This document shows, piece by piece, positions 27,596 through 39,452 of a stretch of DNA of 49,999 nucleotides. The notes beneath the pieces were generated by a model, which ran no database searches, was not told where the DNA came from, and saw nothing but the letters and a program-made list of their open reading frames with translations. Each line of letters starts with the position of its first letter. Within the stretch, counting starts at the first letter, position 1. The DNA is from Eremomyces bilateralis CBS 781.70 (taxonomy: Eukaryota). The translations under genes were made by a program, and so were the position numbers. Location of the stretch: the NCBI GenBank assembly GCA_010015585.1, contig ML975150.1, one strand, 5' to 3'.

Positions 27596-30378
27596 CTACG
27601 GACCTTGCTCGTTGACTGCCGCTAGTCTTGACCTGATGAGATCTTCATGCATTTCACCATTCTCGTCTCGATAATTGCGTAATACTTCTTCTCGCATCAA
27701 TCGTCGTGGGGCTCTTCTGCCTGTGAATAGTTCAAACTGTGCAAAACCCTGCTCAGGTAGAAGATCTAACCCGTCCATCGGGATAAATCCCCGACTCGCT
27801 TCGGCTCGAATCTGTCGGAGCAAAGGGGTGGAGAGTGTTTTGTAGGCAACCTTAACATCTCAGCATTATTTCTAAACGTTTCTAGCAGTCAACTTACCTC
27901 AAGAATTACTCCGCCCGTGGGACTCTGAAGCCATGTGGAAGGCATGGTGAAGTCCGAAGGAGGATTGTTGCCCACTCTATGGGTTGGGACACATGACACA
28001 ACGATGGTTGGTTGTCGGAAATCGGCTGGCCAAACATCGTCTCGAGAGTGCAACACGTGGAATTTCACCTCGCCCCGCGGAAGGACGAAGGAAGGGAAGG
28101 GATCGAAATGTGCCGACCTATTGCCTTCGTCCGAAGATAGGAGTATTCTGGTGAAGTGCTCCACAAGGCGCTGAGCATTCGAAAATGTGCGGTTCAGGAT
28201 CACGATATTCCTTACTCCCAGGTTCAACATCGCGTATATTGCGGCTCTTGCCATGCCTCCAGCACCAATGACCAATGCAGCAGATTTCGGTCCAACGGCA
28301 TTCACCGGAGAGAGTCCACGCTGGATACAAGCACGAATTCCAACCCAGTCGGTGTTTTCCCCATACAAGGCTTGCACTGGCCCGGAACGATTGGTGTTTT
28401 GAGCCATCGCTAACTCGGATGGGACGGAACCATCATCATTCAAATGTCGTACGGGAATGACCGTGTTTACTGCCCCGATTGCCTGAGCATGGCGGCTCAG
28501 CCGATCAAGGAGTTTGATGACTTCCACCTTGAAAGGTAGAGTCAAAGCTGCACCGCCAAAATCGTGATCCTTCACAAGTTCTTCTAAGACTTGTAATGTG
28601 GAGGTCTGATGTGTACGAAAGACGTGAGGCATCCCGTAATTTTGGTATGCCGCATTGTGCATCACCGGAGACAAAGAATACCATGAGCTAGCACCGACGA
28701 TATAAAATTTCATGGGGTCCAGAACAAATGAACTGAACAGGGCATTGGTCGCATCTCGAGCAGTAATGTGGGGGGAATTCAAGTTTCCAGGTCTCCTCGG
28801 TTCTGGGGTGACAGTCGTAAGTATTGGATTGAAGCAGGCGGATGATCGGCCTCGAGGACCCAGGTCGTACGCGATGACCGGTATTCTGGACGAAGCCGAT
28901 GGCTTCGGTAACACGTATTGAGGTGAAGGTTCATCCATGTTTGATGGAGCAAGGCGAGTAATACGGATGAGGTCGAAACCAAGGTTGACGGCTCGATCGT
29001 ATAGGGAAGTCCACATCTCATGATTCCATGGAAGGGATTCATGCTCAGTCGCCGTGAAAACGGCCATGACCTTGGTACCACCTCGTTCATGAAGTAATTT
29101 GGATATGTCTTGGTCCGAAAGTCGTAGATCGATCGTGATGTACTCTGGAGCCAAACTTAGCCCATGGTGGATCAAGTCCATGTATCTTGCACGATGGTTC
29201 TGGCTATCTGCCGAATGATCCTCCGCATGGTATATGATCGGGACCAATGTATTTCTCCGTATTCGACCGATGGCGTAGCTAATGTCATTCATTTCTTGTT
29301 CCGTTAGGAACGGATCTGAACCGGTTAGCTCCATAAATGACCAGGCAGAGGACATACCTTGGATTGCGTTGGGGATGACAAGCTCAAAAGCATCCGCGCC
29401 AGCTTCAAACGATTCCATATCTGATTTGGCAGGGAGGATATTTGCCAGTGGAACAGACACGGCATATGTATATCTTCGTCGCTCCAAATGTATACGAGAC
29501 AATGGATATGCTGACTCCAGACTAGAAACATTGTGTTTCGCGCAAATCAGCGTGATGAACTTTAAAAAATGCCTTTCCGCACGCTTCAATGTGAGGGATG
29601 GAGTTGGTGACCTGACACCTGGCGGCTCCCCTCCAGCCATTGGATTCGGTCGATTTGGTCGTTCTGACACATTGTAGAATTCGTGATTGGATATCCGGCG
29701 AAAGAGCGATTCGCATATTCTTAAGAGTTCCGAATATTTCTCGTTCGGTGATTGCATATACTCGTGCACGCTCGTCGGTTCTCGCATGACATGAATGACT
29801 GGATGAGACTGGGCATATTCTTGCAATTGCAACTGGACCGTCTTATCCATCGCAGGGAGACCGCAAATAATGACGCAATCCTTCTCATTGTTGGAGAGGA
29901 CGTCCCTCATGACCTCCATTTGCTTTCTCTGATGTTCCGTCGCTCCATGCTCCTTCCGATACGATACTGCGGTTTGGCCAGTGGCCTCTTTAAAGCAGAC
30001 ATCGAACTCGACCAGTTTCCGATGGAATGCCCTTGAGGCTATGATTCCCAAAGTCGATTTTCCGGACCCCCGAACACCAAGAAGTACGATAGTAGCATCG
30101 GGAGGGAAATTACGACGCGATGTGTCCGTCTGCGTTTCTAGGTTCGAAGAGGAACGCTTCAGCTTGGTTCCTAGACTCAAATCAGCAAGCTTTCAACATC
30201 TTGAGTAGGATGCGGCATTGACGCGTGAATACTCACTGGGACGATTGGATGCCTCCTCATGCGACCGAGACTCCGTAGTCTGGATATTTCTCGATGATGA
30301 TGTACACGGTGAATCCCTTTCGACTTGAGAATCACTAATTGCATCGAATCGTCGTTTGCCACCGGTCATGGCAGCCAT
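27596..30378 (-). CDS. qutR: Quinate pathway repressor (shikimate kinase-like + type I dehydroquinase-like + shikimate dehydrogenase-like domains), ~889 aa
   Basis: Exons 30378-30237, 30170-27898, 27850-27596. P-loop-like [62 protein letters not shown]-terminal-like architecture; divergent from the activator gene. Confidence 0.92.
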
Positions 30379-30607
30379 CGCCAGTGGATCCGGACAGAAC
30401 GCTCACACGTTTACCGTTCTTGAAAAGAAAGGAGGAGCTCCCAGGTGAGTACGCTCTCCAAAATATACAGAAAGTATCATCTTTGAGTCAATCTGCAGGG
30501 ATATTCCTCTTAGTTGCGTCAGGTACGTACTTGTAAAATCCGAGACATGGTGCTTGAACTGGTTCAATCAAAGACATGGGTCTTGTAGATCTTGCATAAC
30601 GCGGGGC

Positions 30608-30623
30608 GGATAAAGTCATATCC
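30608..30623. promoter_or_regulatory. Putative QutA/QA-1F binding site GGATAAAGTCATATCC
   Basis: Near-match to the 16-bp dyad GGRTAA-N4-TTAYCC between the divergent repressor and activator; a CreA-type GCGGGG lies at 30601-30606. Confidence 0.7.
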
Positions 30624-30802
30624 GCAAGGGCCGAAGCCACCCGACTTTTCAGGGAGGATCCAATTGTCCTCCAGCAATTGATCACCGAAATCACAGGGAA
30701 TTGGACATAATGTGATCTGATGCTACCGAGTTCACAACTGGCATGAGCTGATCCAACGTTTTGTGCTCGTCTTGAGTAGAGGCACTTAGTATCCACTACC
30801 CA

Positions 30803-32875
30803 ATGGAAAATGCGAAGAAACGGAACGTTGAGGAGGATTCAAGGAAATCAGTGAAGAGACAGAGAGTATCAAGAGCATGCGATCAATGCCGAAACGCACG
30901 AGAGAAATGCGATGGAGGCGCAAATCCACGATGTCAAACTTGTGAGGTTTCCAACCGACCATGCACCTACACGGCCAACCCCAAGAAAAGAGGAATACAA
31001 CCCGGATACATTCGGTCCTTAGAGCTTTCTCTTGCTTGGATCTTCGCGGATGATCCAAGTAAAGAAGAGGCTTTGCGTGAAGTTATCCAGACCGATATTG
31101 GAGTACAGGGTCTAATAACTGGAAAGGACTCGAAAGGGTCTTGTCGATTGCACAAGAGATGGAGAAAGAGTTTGGTACGAAAACGGTTGGAGACGCTCTT
31201 GTCATCCCCGGAGAATCCTGTCATTGATGAGAGAGGTAGCATTTCATCCGAAGTGGAAAGTGAATCAGAGAATGCTCCTTTTATCCCGATATTGACTCCC
31301 GCTTCTCAAGATCGAAAGACCTCATTATTGCATCACTCAAGGATTGATCGATCAGACGGAAACCATTTACCGGAGACGGATTTTCCAACTCGAACATCAA
31401 TCCCTCGAAGGCTTCCAGCCGATATTTGGCACCTTTTGGACGTCTACTTTGCTTTCACACACCCGTGGTTCCCAATTTCCGAGAGGAAGGAGGTCCTAAA
31501 ATTGGTCTATTCCTATCCTAGTGGCGTTGACTTGAACCACCATACGGGTTCAGGAGAGCATGCAGAACTATGGGCAATGCTTGCGATATCCTCTTTACAC
31601 AAGCGCTTTCAGTCCCCATCCTTTTCCGACACCGATGTCACATCATATTACAGCATTGCTCATTCTTTGATCCCGAATGAAGATGGGCCATTCGAACCTG
31701 GCCATGTCAAGGCGTTGCTTCTACTCGCTTTGATCAATATGGGACAAAACAAAGCTTCACCTGCGCTTGTACTTGTTGGACGTGCGATTCAGATTGCACT
31801 TCAACTTGGATTGGACCGGAATTGTGGCAAAGATCTCGATTCTCCCGTCAAGGCTTCACTTCCCACAACTTTCGGCGACCATAAACGAGCAAAGCATATC
31901 CTGATGAGTTGTTTCTTATTGGAAACCCTTTTGTCCATCCAACTGGGCAGCATTCCCCATCTTCGTCGAGAAGATCTATCCCAATACTCATTGGTGGCAG
32001 AAGATGGACTGGAAGAACTCGATCCATGGGTAGGAGTTGAAGGATATGGTCCTGTCACTCCGTCTGGACCTCGCGAGCCAGGGAAAGTACTGAGTACATT
32101 CAATTCTCTTCTGGTTGTGGCTGGATATATGAACTTTGTATATCTTCGACCAGAACTGCGTGCCACTGGATTTCCGGAGATTCGCGCGAAACTAGAAGCG
32201 CTTCAAGTCCGATTCCCACTTCGATCAGATCTGCAAGGCCGACCTGCATCTGCTTGGGCACCGCAGGAATTCGGTATTCGAATTGCGCATGCTTGTTCGA
32301 AAACTTTCTTAGGATACGTCTCCGAGATTGATTCTACGGTGTCAACTGGAGACATGATCTGTACCATTCTCAAAGGAGGTGGAATTAAGTTTCCGGCCAT
32401 CGTCCCATGTCTTTTGAATATTATGATCAAGTATCGATGGACTACCCAGGCGGGTCTTTCTGGGTATGAGCAACTCTTGGAGCAACTGACAGACCGGTGG
32501 CGAATATCGTACCCTACCGATTTCCGCCCGACACCGATCGACTGGAACCAGAACCTTTCACCACCCATCCCTCTTTCTCCTCGCTCAACAATCATCTCGA
32601 ATGCATCATGGCAGTCCATCCCCATGGACTATCAGACTGGCAATGTTCCAGTCTGGCACACCGGATTTGACCATCTTCCATCCAACGATGGATGGAGAAG
32701 AGCAGAGCCTCCCAATTCCGAATCAATAGATCTAGAGAACCTATTTGATGAATTCGCATCTTTAGATGATGTGGATCTCACCAATCAGCCCATCTTCATG
32801 CAGAATCTTGGCCTGGCACCGGGGATTGATTTGACTGAAGTGCAGTTGGATCCCCCACTCACACCATACGTATAA
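30803..32875 (+). CDS. qutA: Quinate pathway activator, Zn(II)2Cys6 transcription factor, 690 aa
   Basis: RQRVSRACDQCRNAREKCDG..CQTC..CTY..PKKRGIQPGYIRSLEL; LLDVYFAFTHPWFPI; acidic C-terminus DLENLFDEFASLD..FMQNLG; cluster context. Confidence 0.92.
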   Translation: MENAKKRNVEEDSRKSVKRQRVSRACDQCRNAREKCDGGANPRCQTCEVSNRPCTYTANPKKRGIQPGYIRSLELSLAWIFADDPSKEEALREVIQTDIGVQGLITGKDSKGSCRLHKRWRKSLVRKRLETLLSSPENPVIDERGSISSEVESESENAPFIPILTPASQDRKTSLLHHSRIDRSDGNHLPETDFPTRTSIPRRLPADIWHLLDVYFAFTHPWFPISERKEVLKLVYSYPSGVDLNHHTGSGEHAELWAMLAISSLHKRFQSPSFSDTDVTSYYSIAHSLIPNEDGPFEPGHVKALLLLALINMGQNKASPALVLVGRAIQIALQLGLDRNCGKDLDSPVKASLPTTFGDHKRAKHILMSCFLLETLLSIQLGSIPHLRREDLSQYSLVAEDGLEELDPWVGVEGYGPVTPSGPREPGKVLSTFNSLLVVAGYMNFVYLRPELRATGFPEIRAKLEALQVRFPLRSDLQGRPASAWAPQEFGIRIAHACSKTFLGYVSEIDSTVSTGDMICTILKGGGIKFPAIVPCLLNIMIKYRWTTQAGLSGYEQLLEQLTDRWRISYPTDFRPTPIDWNQNLSPPIPLSPRSTIISNASWQSIPMDYQTGNVPVWHTGFDHLPSNDGWRRAEPPNSESIDLENLFDEFASLDDVDLTNQPIFMQNLGLAPGIDLTEVQLDPPLTPYV

Positions 32876-33084
32876 GTATTGCTGAGAACAATTGTATATT
32901 ACCATTGATGAGTTCACAAATCGTACAAAAAATTAATGCAACGCCCCAGAGGAACTTTACCGTTTCGATATTCACTTTAAAGAAGATATGAATGGTTTCT
33001 ATTTGTCGGTGTTTGACAGTCAACATGAACCCCTGAGATCATAGAACGCTAATCAATGCTCCGGTCCATATGCTGTTCGCGTAT

Positions 33085-34140
33085 CTAAAGTACAGGTCTA
33101 AATGAGTTAACATCAACTCCTTGATTCCCCCTCAAGTCCATATCTTCCACAAACCTTCTCCATGATTCCGCGGCTCTCGAAGCAAGATGCTCAGGAATAT
33201 GTTGAGAAGGATCCGCCATGATTCGGTTGAAAAGTTCCATACTAACCCATCCCTCATATCTGAGCTCATGAATTATTGCAAGAGAGATGAGCTTGATGGG
33301 AAGATATCCGCCAAATCTTTCCTCTCCGTAGAACAATCGACAATTTCTTGACCAGCTCAGACATGCCGGTTGACTTGGATGATACAATGGATGTCCTTCG
33401 ATGAGAGGTTCCTCCAACCTCTCGGCATCGACGACTTGGATAAAAAACACTTTCTCTTTCTGTACGGTTTCGATCAACCGACGAATGGAGTCTTTGATTG
33501 CTTGATCCGCGTTCGATGTCCTTCCTGATGGTGCCGCAGGGTTCGCATATACTTTTGCCGCAATGTTGAATGTGTCGAGACAGATTCCGAAATTTGGCCG
33601 GTCAACACTGACGACAATGTCCCAACACTGATCCCAGGTATTGATGAATGTCCCCCATCCCAAACTTTCATAAGCGAAGCGTATGATTGGTGTCTCTTTT
33701 GCTCCAAGGTCTGCAATTTCTCTCATATCTTCGACAATGACATCCTTCTCGCCAGTGATCTCTTCGACACTCAAGAAGCTTGAAGGTATCAGGATCATCT
33801 CCGTTCGCAATATTTGAACGACTTTAAACCAAAGTTTGATTTTCGATATCCTCCTGGCATGTTCCGATCGATCTTTCAGTCCTTCGTAGTGCATGAATGG
33901 TTGGAGACAGATGATCTTTAGATTTCGTTCATCACACCACGAACGAATCTTATGAGCTGCAAAGAGGTGTGTCTCTTGTCGTGAATTTCGGGGTATTGAC
34001 TGTGCAACCGCTTCCAGGTCTTCGTAAAATATCTCGATGCCTGTGATTCCATATTGTTGTGCCTGGTCGAGCTTCCCTGGTAGGTCGTGGACGGCTGCTC
34101 GACCCAAGGACATGGACGAAATCGCTGGACGAAGTGACAT
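33085..34140 (-). CDS. qutC: 3-dehydroshikimate dehydratase (xylose-isomerase-like TIM barrel)
   Basis: MSLRPAISSMSLGRA, GIEIFYEDL, LQPFMHYEGL, FAYESLGWGT, CLDTFNI, QVVDAE, WSRNCRLF, WVSMELF. Confidence 0.92.
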   Translation of the reverse strand: MSLRPAISSMSLGRAAVHDLPGKLDQAQQYGITGIEIFYEDLEAVAQSIPRNSRQETHLFAAHKIRSWCDERNLKIICLQPFMHYEGLKDRSEHARRISKIKLWFKVVQILRTEMILIPSSFLSVEEITGEKDVIVEDMREIADLGAKETPIIRFAYESLGWGTFINTWDQCWDIVVSVDRPNFGICLDTFNIAAKVYANPAAPSGRTSNADQAIKDSIRRLIETVQKEKVFFIQVVDAERLEEPLIEGHPLYHPSQPACLSWSRNCRLFYGEERFGGYLPIKLISLAIIHELRYEGWVSMELFNRIMADPSQHIPEHLASRAAESWRRFVEDMDLRGNQGVDVNSFRPVL

Positions 34141-34472
34141 GACTGAATTAAGTATAGAAAGCACTTGAATAACTATGAGTCTAGGAATTTGATGTTCCAA
34201 TCAAAATAAGTAGAAGGAAAGCACCTGCGAATGCTTAAAATACCTCGGACATCATGAAACCTCGCTGAAGAACCCGTTTGTGTGTACTAACGGATATACA
34301 GTGCTACATGTGCCATCAACATGATCCACTTGACGATTTGAAAACTTGTTGATTTGGACCAGGCAGATCATTTCTGCTAGATTTGAATCCAAGAGCCGAT
34401 GGGGCAAATGAAGTTGATTAACATTCAACCAATTCAACTTTTCAGGGTCCGGCAATGGACGCTTGGAAAGTC

Positions 34473-34488
34473 GGAAAAGGATTTATCC
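34473..34488. promoter_or_regulatory. Putative QutA/QA-1F binding site GGAAAAGGATTTATCC (qutC promoter)
   Basis: 16-bp dyad ~330 bp upstream of the qutC ATG; several SYGGRG CreA-like hexamers at 34598-34681. Confidence 0.65.
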
Positions 34489-34886
34489 AGACGCCAATTT
34501 TAGCCCGGATTTGATCACATCCAAACCGGCTTTTCAAAACAGCCCTTGACATCACCCTACGGCAACCGTGCTCATTGGAATATTTGACTGCCGAAACGTG
34601 GAGGGCTGGAGGCATACTATCTTGTCCCGACTTGCGGAGGATGTGGATACTGGGGAAATGATTGAACCTCACGATCTGGGGCACTGATATTGGAGACGCC
34701 TGTTCACAACCGCTCCCGTGCCCCTGGACCTCAACACCTTTGACGAGTAGACTCTGGGTTAAATTGATACCTTCGATAAATCATTTGCGCTCCTTGATAA
34801 TAATGTAACTAGCTTGATATATATGAGATGTGTCGCAGGATTGTCCCGCTTGCCCCTGGTACTCAAGATTTGCCCGAGAACTGGTC

Positions 34887-36594
34887 TCAAGTGCTGACAC
34901 GCTCCTGTTGCTGGACCTGATCCTTTTCATCCAGGATGACCCCAGCACCTTGACGGAACTCTTCATCCTGAACATTGATCTCTTCCAGGATCATCTTGTT
35001 TGCCTTTCTGACGGGTCGGGCCTTGAACAATCGATCCATCGCCTCCAATGGGACCGACTTCGTCTCGGGGATCAAGAACCATACGAAGATGATGGAGAGG
35101 ATCATTAAGGACGCGAAGAAGAAGTAGACACCAGATTCCATCTTCAAGAACATCTGCGGAGTAAACCGTGAAATGAGGAAGTTCCAGAACCAGTTATTCG
35201 CCGAGGCAGAAGCCTGACCGAGTGACCTGATTCGGTTAGTGGAGATTTGGGAAGCAAGAGGTTTCCTTACCTAGTATTCTGATCAAACATTTCGGAATTG
35301 ATCACCCATGGAGTGCCGTTCCAAGAGGGAGTATAGAATGCAGTCCACAGATAGAAAAAGAAAATGGCAGCGATTCCAGCAGATGAAAGCTCAGTGTTCT
35401 TTGCGTTTGCTGCAGGATTGGTGATCTTGATGTATGCTCCGATGAACCACATACACATTGAACCTCCTGCTGCACCGACCATCAATAGCTTTCGTCGACC
35501 GAGGTGATCAATCAGGACCAGCAACCAGACAAAGGTCAAAGCGGTTTTGACTACCCCGAATATGCCCGTGGTCAAGAAACCCGTATTCGTCCCTTGAATA
35601 CCGATGGATTTGAAAACAGTCGGACTGTAGTAATTGATTGCGTTGATGCCACTGCCATTCTGCCATAGGAAGAGCATGCCTCCAAGGAATAACCGCCATT
35701 GAACCGCTCGGCTCTTGCCGACCGCAATGAAAGGCTACAAGTGTTAGAACATATTGATTTAGGGATTGAGGGGTTGCTCACCTTCCAGAATCCAGCTCCG
35801 ATCGTCCGTTGTTGTTCTCCCAAAGTCGCATCGATGAAGGAGATCTCCTCCATCATATACACATCGTCGACCGGGAGTTTCCGAATCCAGCTAAGGTTCC
35901 GCAAGGCCTCGTCACGTCGACCTTTGGAGAAGAGCCATCGTGGCGACTCCTTAATCCAGGCGACTCCAATCAGAAGTAAACCCGCTGGGATCAATTGGAC
36001 TGCGAAAGGAATCATCCACTGGGTCCGACTGGGTGCCATTGTCTCCGTGAGGCCGTAGTTGATCCAGAAGCCAACCAGGCCACCAATCTGCCACCCAAGC
36101 TCATAGATTCCGACCAATCGACCCCGTATGGCAGGTGGAGAGAGTTCGCTTATATAGATGGGCACAACCATGGATGATCCGCCAACCCCCAGCCCAGCAA
36201 GCACGCGACCTGCATACATTAGTCCCAACCCTCTTTCGGAATTCGCACCCATCATCAGACCGGCCCCAAGGATAAAGACGAGAGAAAAGATGTAGAGGGA
36301 ATTTTTCCTCCCGTAGAAGAAGGAGGTCACATAGGCGATTAATGCACCGAAGAATGCTCCCGCTTGGTAGATCGAGACAATATTGGCTTTGATCAGACCC
36401 AAATGATCCGCAGACATCGACTTGAAGCCGAATTCATCCTCAAAGGACGGCAGGGCGAGTGTGGTGCCAATGAAGGCCGAATCGTATCCGATCATACATG
36501 CTGCGAAAGATGCAACCGCCGCACATGCATAGACTCTCCAGTTGTAGACTGCCTTTGGGGTAGGTCGATCTTCGACCAATGTGAGGATTCCCAT
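34887..36594 (-). CDS. qutD: Quinate permease (MFS sugar-porter family), ~538 aa
   Basis: Exons 36594-35782, 35734-35271, 35226-34887. MGILTLVEDRPTPKAVYNWRVY, IGYDSAFIGTT, YISELSPPAIRGRL, QNGSGINAINYYSP, SWNGTPWVINSE, PETK. Confidence 0.95.
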
Positions 36595-37018
36595 GATGGA
36601 TCGTGACCGAATTTTTCGGGTTGAAGAATGAGGAAGAACCAGACTCAAGAAGGAGGGAAGAGGATCTTAAATTACCAATGAGAACATTCAATGTTAGACG
36701 CGGACTTGGATCCTAAACTTTCACCCCATGGGGGTTCCAATCCGGGGCAAATGCATTTTCCATTATGCGAGTCCAGTCATGTCCATATGATTACGAGCGA
36801 AAACGGAGGATAGCCAACTTAACCATTTTCCTCAGACGTGGAGCCGGAACCATTGCCGATCCATAATTCATCGCTCCAACGAGAGCTTGGACTCGAAAAG
36901 ACGACTTACCGAGTTACCATAGTACTTAAGATGTCGTATTCCATCAGTGGCGCCGGAACAAGTCCGGGATTGGTTTGGTCCCAACATCGTTGCCATCGAG
37001 CTTGAAGTTTGATGGATG

Positions 37019-37034
37019 GGATAAAATCTTTTCC
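37019..37034. promoter_or_regulatory. Putative QutA/QA-1F binding site GGATAAAATCTTTTCC (qutD/qutB divergent promoter)
   Basis: 16-bp dyad; weaker second candidate GGCAAATGCATTTTCC at 36746-36761. Confidence 0.65.
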
Positions 37035-37304
37035 ACCCTATCCCCGCATTGACGACTCGCCTTGAGCTAGTGGGGCTTGAACAGGGGCGTGCAGGGGTTA
37101 TTTCCCAGACGGCCAGACCAGAACTTGTGGGTGCCGCTGAGTTTGGGTCAGATATCGACTCAGCGGAAAACTGCCGCTCCACATCAATATAGAAAATGTA
37201 GCAGACTGTGATGCAGCGATCCAAGCTATCATCGAAGGCCCAGAAGTTCAACACTACAATTCTGTGATACACGGAGTTGGTATCATTTTCTTGTTGCAGT
37301 CGCC

Positions 37305-38315
37305 ATGGCCATCCCAAACCCGTCCGAGAGACTCGAGAGATTCGGATATTTGTTTGGATCTCCAATTGCACATTCATTATCTCCCCTCTTCCATCAGACC
37401 GTGTATGATGCATTAGGTCTGAAATGGTCTCAATTTCCTTTGGAGTCAACCGATATGAATGGGTTTCTTGAGCTCATCCAAGACCCAAAGTTCTACGGTA
37501 AGCCATTCGACCAGTTTGAGAAAGATTGCTCATCAGTTCAGGCGCATCGGTCACAATGCCCCACAAGGTGGCTATCCTTGGATTCCTTGATGAATTAACT
37601 GAGGAAGCTCGGGATGTCGGTGCATGCAACACCATTTTCCTCCGGGAGAAAGATGGGAAACGTGTATATGTTGGAACCAACACCGACACCATTGGTGTTC
37701 GAGACTCGTTTTATGCCACTGTCAAGGACCCAGAGAAGGTCTTCCATCATCGACCTGGAATGGTGATTGGTGGCGGAGGAGCCGCTCGGAGTGCCGTATA
37801 CGCTTTGCAACGATGGATGCATTGTAGTCCCATCTACATTGTGAATCGGGATCGATCCGAGGTGGATGCGGTCATTTCCGAGTGTCAGAAGAGAGGGTTA
37901 AGACAAGACTTGATTCATGTTTCTACACTCGAGCAAGCGGAAGAGTTGGAAGGGCCTGGAGCAATTGTGTCCTGTATTCCGAATTTTCCTCCAAAATCCC
38001 CTGAAGAAAAGGTTGCCCGAGAAGTCACGGAATGTTTCTTGAACAAACCACATAAAGGAGCCATGTTGGAAATGTGTTATCATCCTTCACCATGGACGGA
38101 GATTGGAGTACTGGCAGAGAAATCCGGATGGACTGTCATCCTTGGGACTGAAGCGATGATTTATCAAGGATTGGAACAGGTATGTGACTCATACTAATAC
38201 AGAATGAAATTAACGATAGTAGGACCGATACTGGACTGGTAGATCTCGAGAGAAATTGCCACTGGAGACAGTGAAGAAAGTAATTGGAGAAAAGATCTCA
38301 GGTGGTAACCACTGA
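37305..38315 (+). CDS. qutB: Quinate/shikimate dehydrogenase, ~307 aa
   Basis: Exons 37305-37497, 37542-38179, 38223-38315. [60 protein letters not shown]. Confidence 0.93.
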
Positions 38316-38359
38316 CCATTTGGTTCCGTAACATCTCTCTGAATCGAATGGAGTGATAT

Positions 38360-38800
38360 TCAAGACTTGTAATGCTTCAGCAAATAATCCACTGCTGCCG
38401 TATATCCATAATCTCCTAATCCAACAATGACAGCCTCGGCTTTGTCACTTAAATAACTATGATGTCGAAATGGTTCCCGTTTATGGACATTTGAGATGTG
38501 AACTTCAATGAAGGGGATAGCAACAGCACTTAATGCATCTCGGATAGCAACACTCGTATGAGTTAGAGCTCCAGCATTGATAATGATTCCTCCAACCTTT
38601 CCACGAACTTCTTGGATCTTATCCACAATTGCCCCTTCCCAGTTGGATTGAAATGAAGTCAAAGTAGCTCCAAGGTCGGACGCTTGGTTCTGGACTCGCT
38701 TTTCGATGTCCTCCAAAGTCGTCGAGCCATATATATGTGGCTCTCGAGTGCCGAGGAGGTTGAGGTTTGGTCCATTGATGAGTAGAATTGAGGTGACCAT
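38360..38800 (-). CDS. qutE: Catabolic (type II) 3-dehydroquinase, 146 aa
   Basis: [65 protein letters not shown]. Confidence 0.97.
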   Translation of the reverse strand: MVTSILLINGPNLNLLGTREPHIYGSTTLEDIEKRVQNQASDLGATLTSFQSNWEGAIVDKIQEVRGKVGGIIINAGALTHTSVAIRDALSAVAIPFIEVHISNVHKREPFRHHSYLSDKAEAVIVGLGDYGYTAAVDYLLKHYKS

Positions 38801-39045
38801 GGTTTGAGAATGTAGCGAGATAGACTGAGGTAAATGAAAGGAAGACAAAGAATGGAAGGTTTCTTTGGTGAGAATAATATTTGGTCATTCGCCGTGTAGG
38901 AAAGTCAAACCCTAGAGGATCAATAGTTTCACGATATCGTCAGAAGATCTGCCCGTGTCTAGTACCTATAAGCGTCTTGGAACCCAGAGCCATCGTAAAG
39001 AAATGCCATTTGAGCAGGAGCTGTTGGATATTGAGCGGCTGTTCT

Positions 39046-39061
39046 GGAAATACATTCACCC
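39046..39061. promoter_or_regulatory. Weaker putative QutA/QA-1F site (reverse strand GGGTGAATGTATTTCC) in the qutE/qutG divergent promoter
   Basis: 16-bp GG..CC dyad with RYRY spacer; three mismatches to GGRTAARYRYTTAYCC. Confidence 0.45.
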
Positions 39062-39452
39062 ACCCCTTCGTGAGGGACTTTGTTTGACTTAAAACTGGAT
39101 GTCTACGTCGACTTGGATGAAAAGGTGAACTCCAGACTGGGACGGTTCCATCCATCTCCCCTTGATGAACCATGTCCGCACCTCCACTTCGGCGGATCCC
39201 GCAATTTCATCTCGCGTGCGTTCGTGCATAACTTAGTTCCATTAGGCGCCTCCACTTGCAGCTAAATAGCGGGACCGAGTCGCGTGCATCGACCGAATTT
39301 TGTCAGAGGGTGACCTGCATCGGTAATTAGATTTGAGGGAGGGGCCGAGTCATCGTCATCGTAACTTCATATTCGGATTGAGAACAAAGACCAGAATAGA
39401 CAATCTTCCGCCCTTTACAGTCAGAGTCAAATTTTTCGTAGGAGTTTGGACC

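Noticed and set aside
36868..37449. 193-aa minus-strand ORF across the qutD/qutB promoter
   Set aside because: Antisense to qutB exon 1 and overlaps regulatory sites; no protein-family features.
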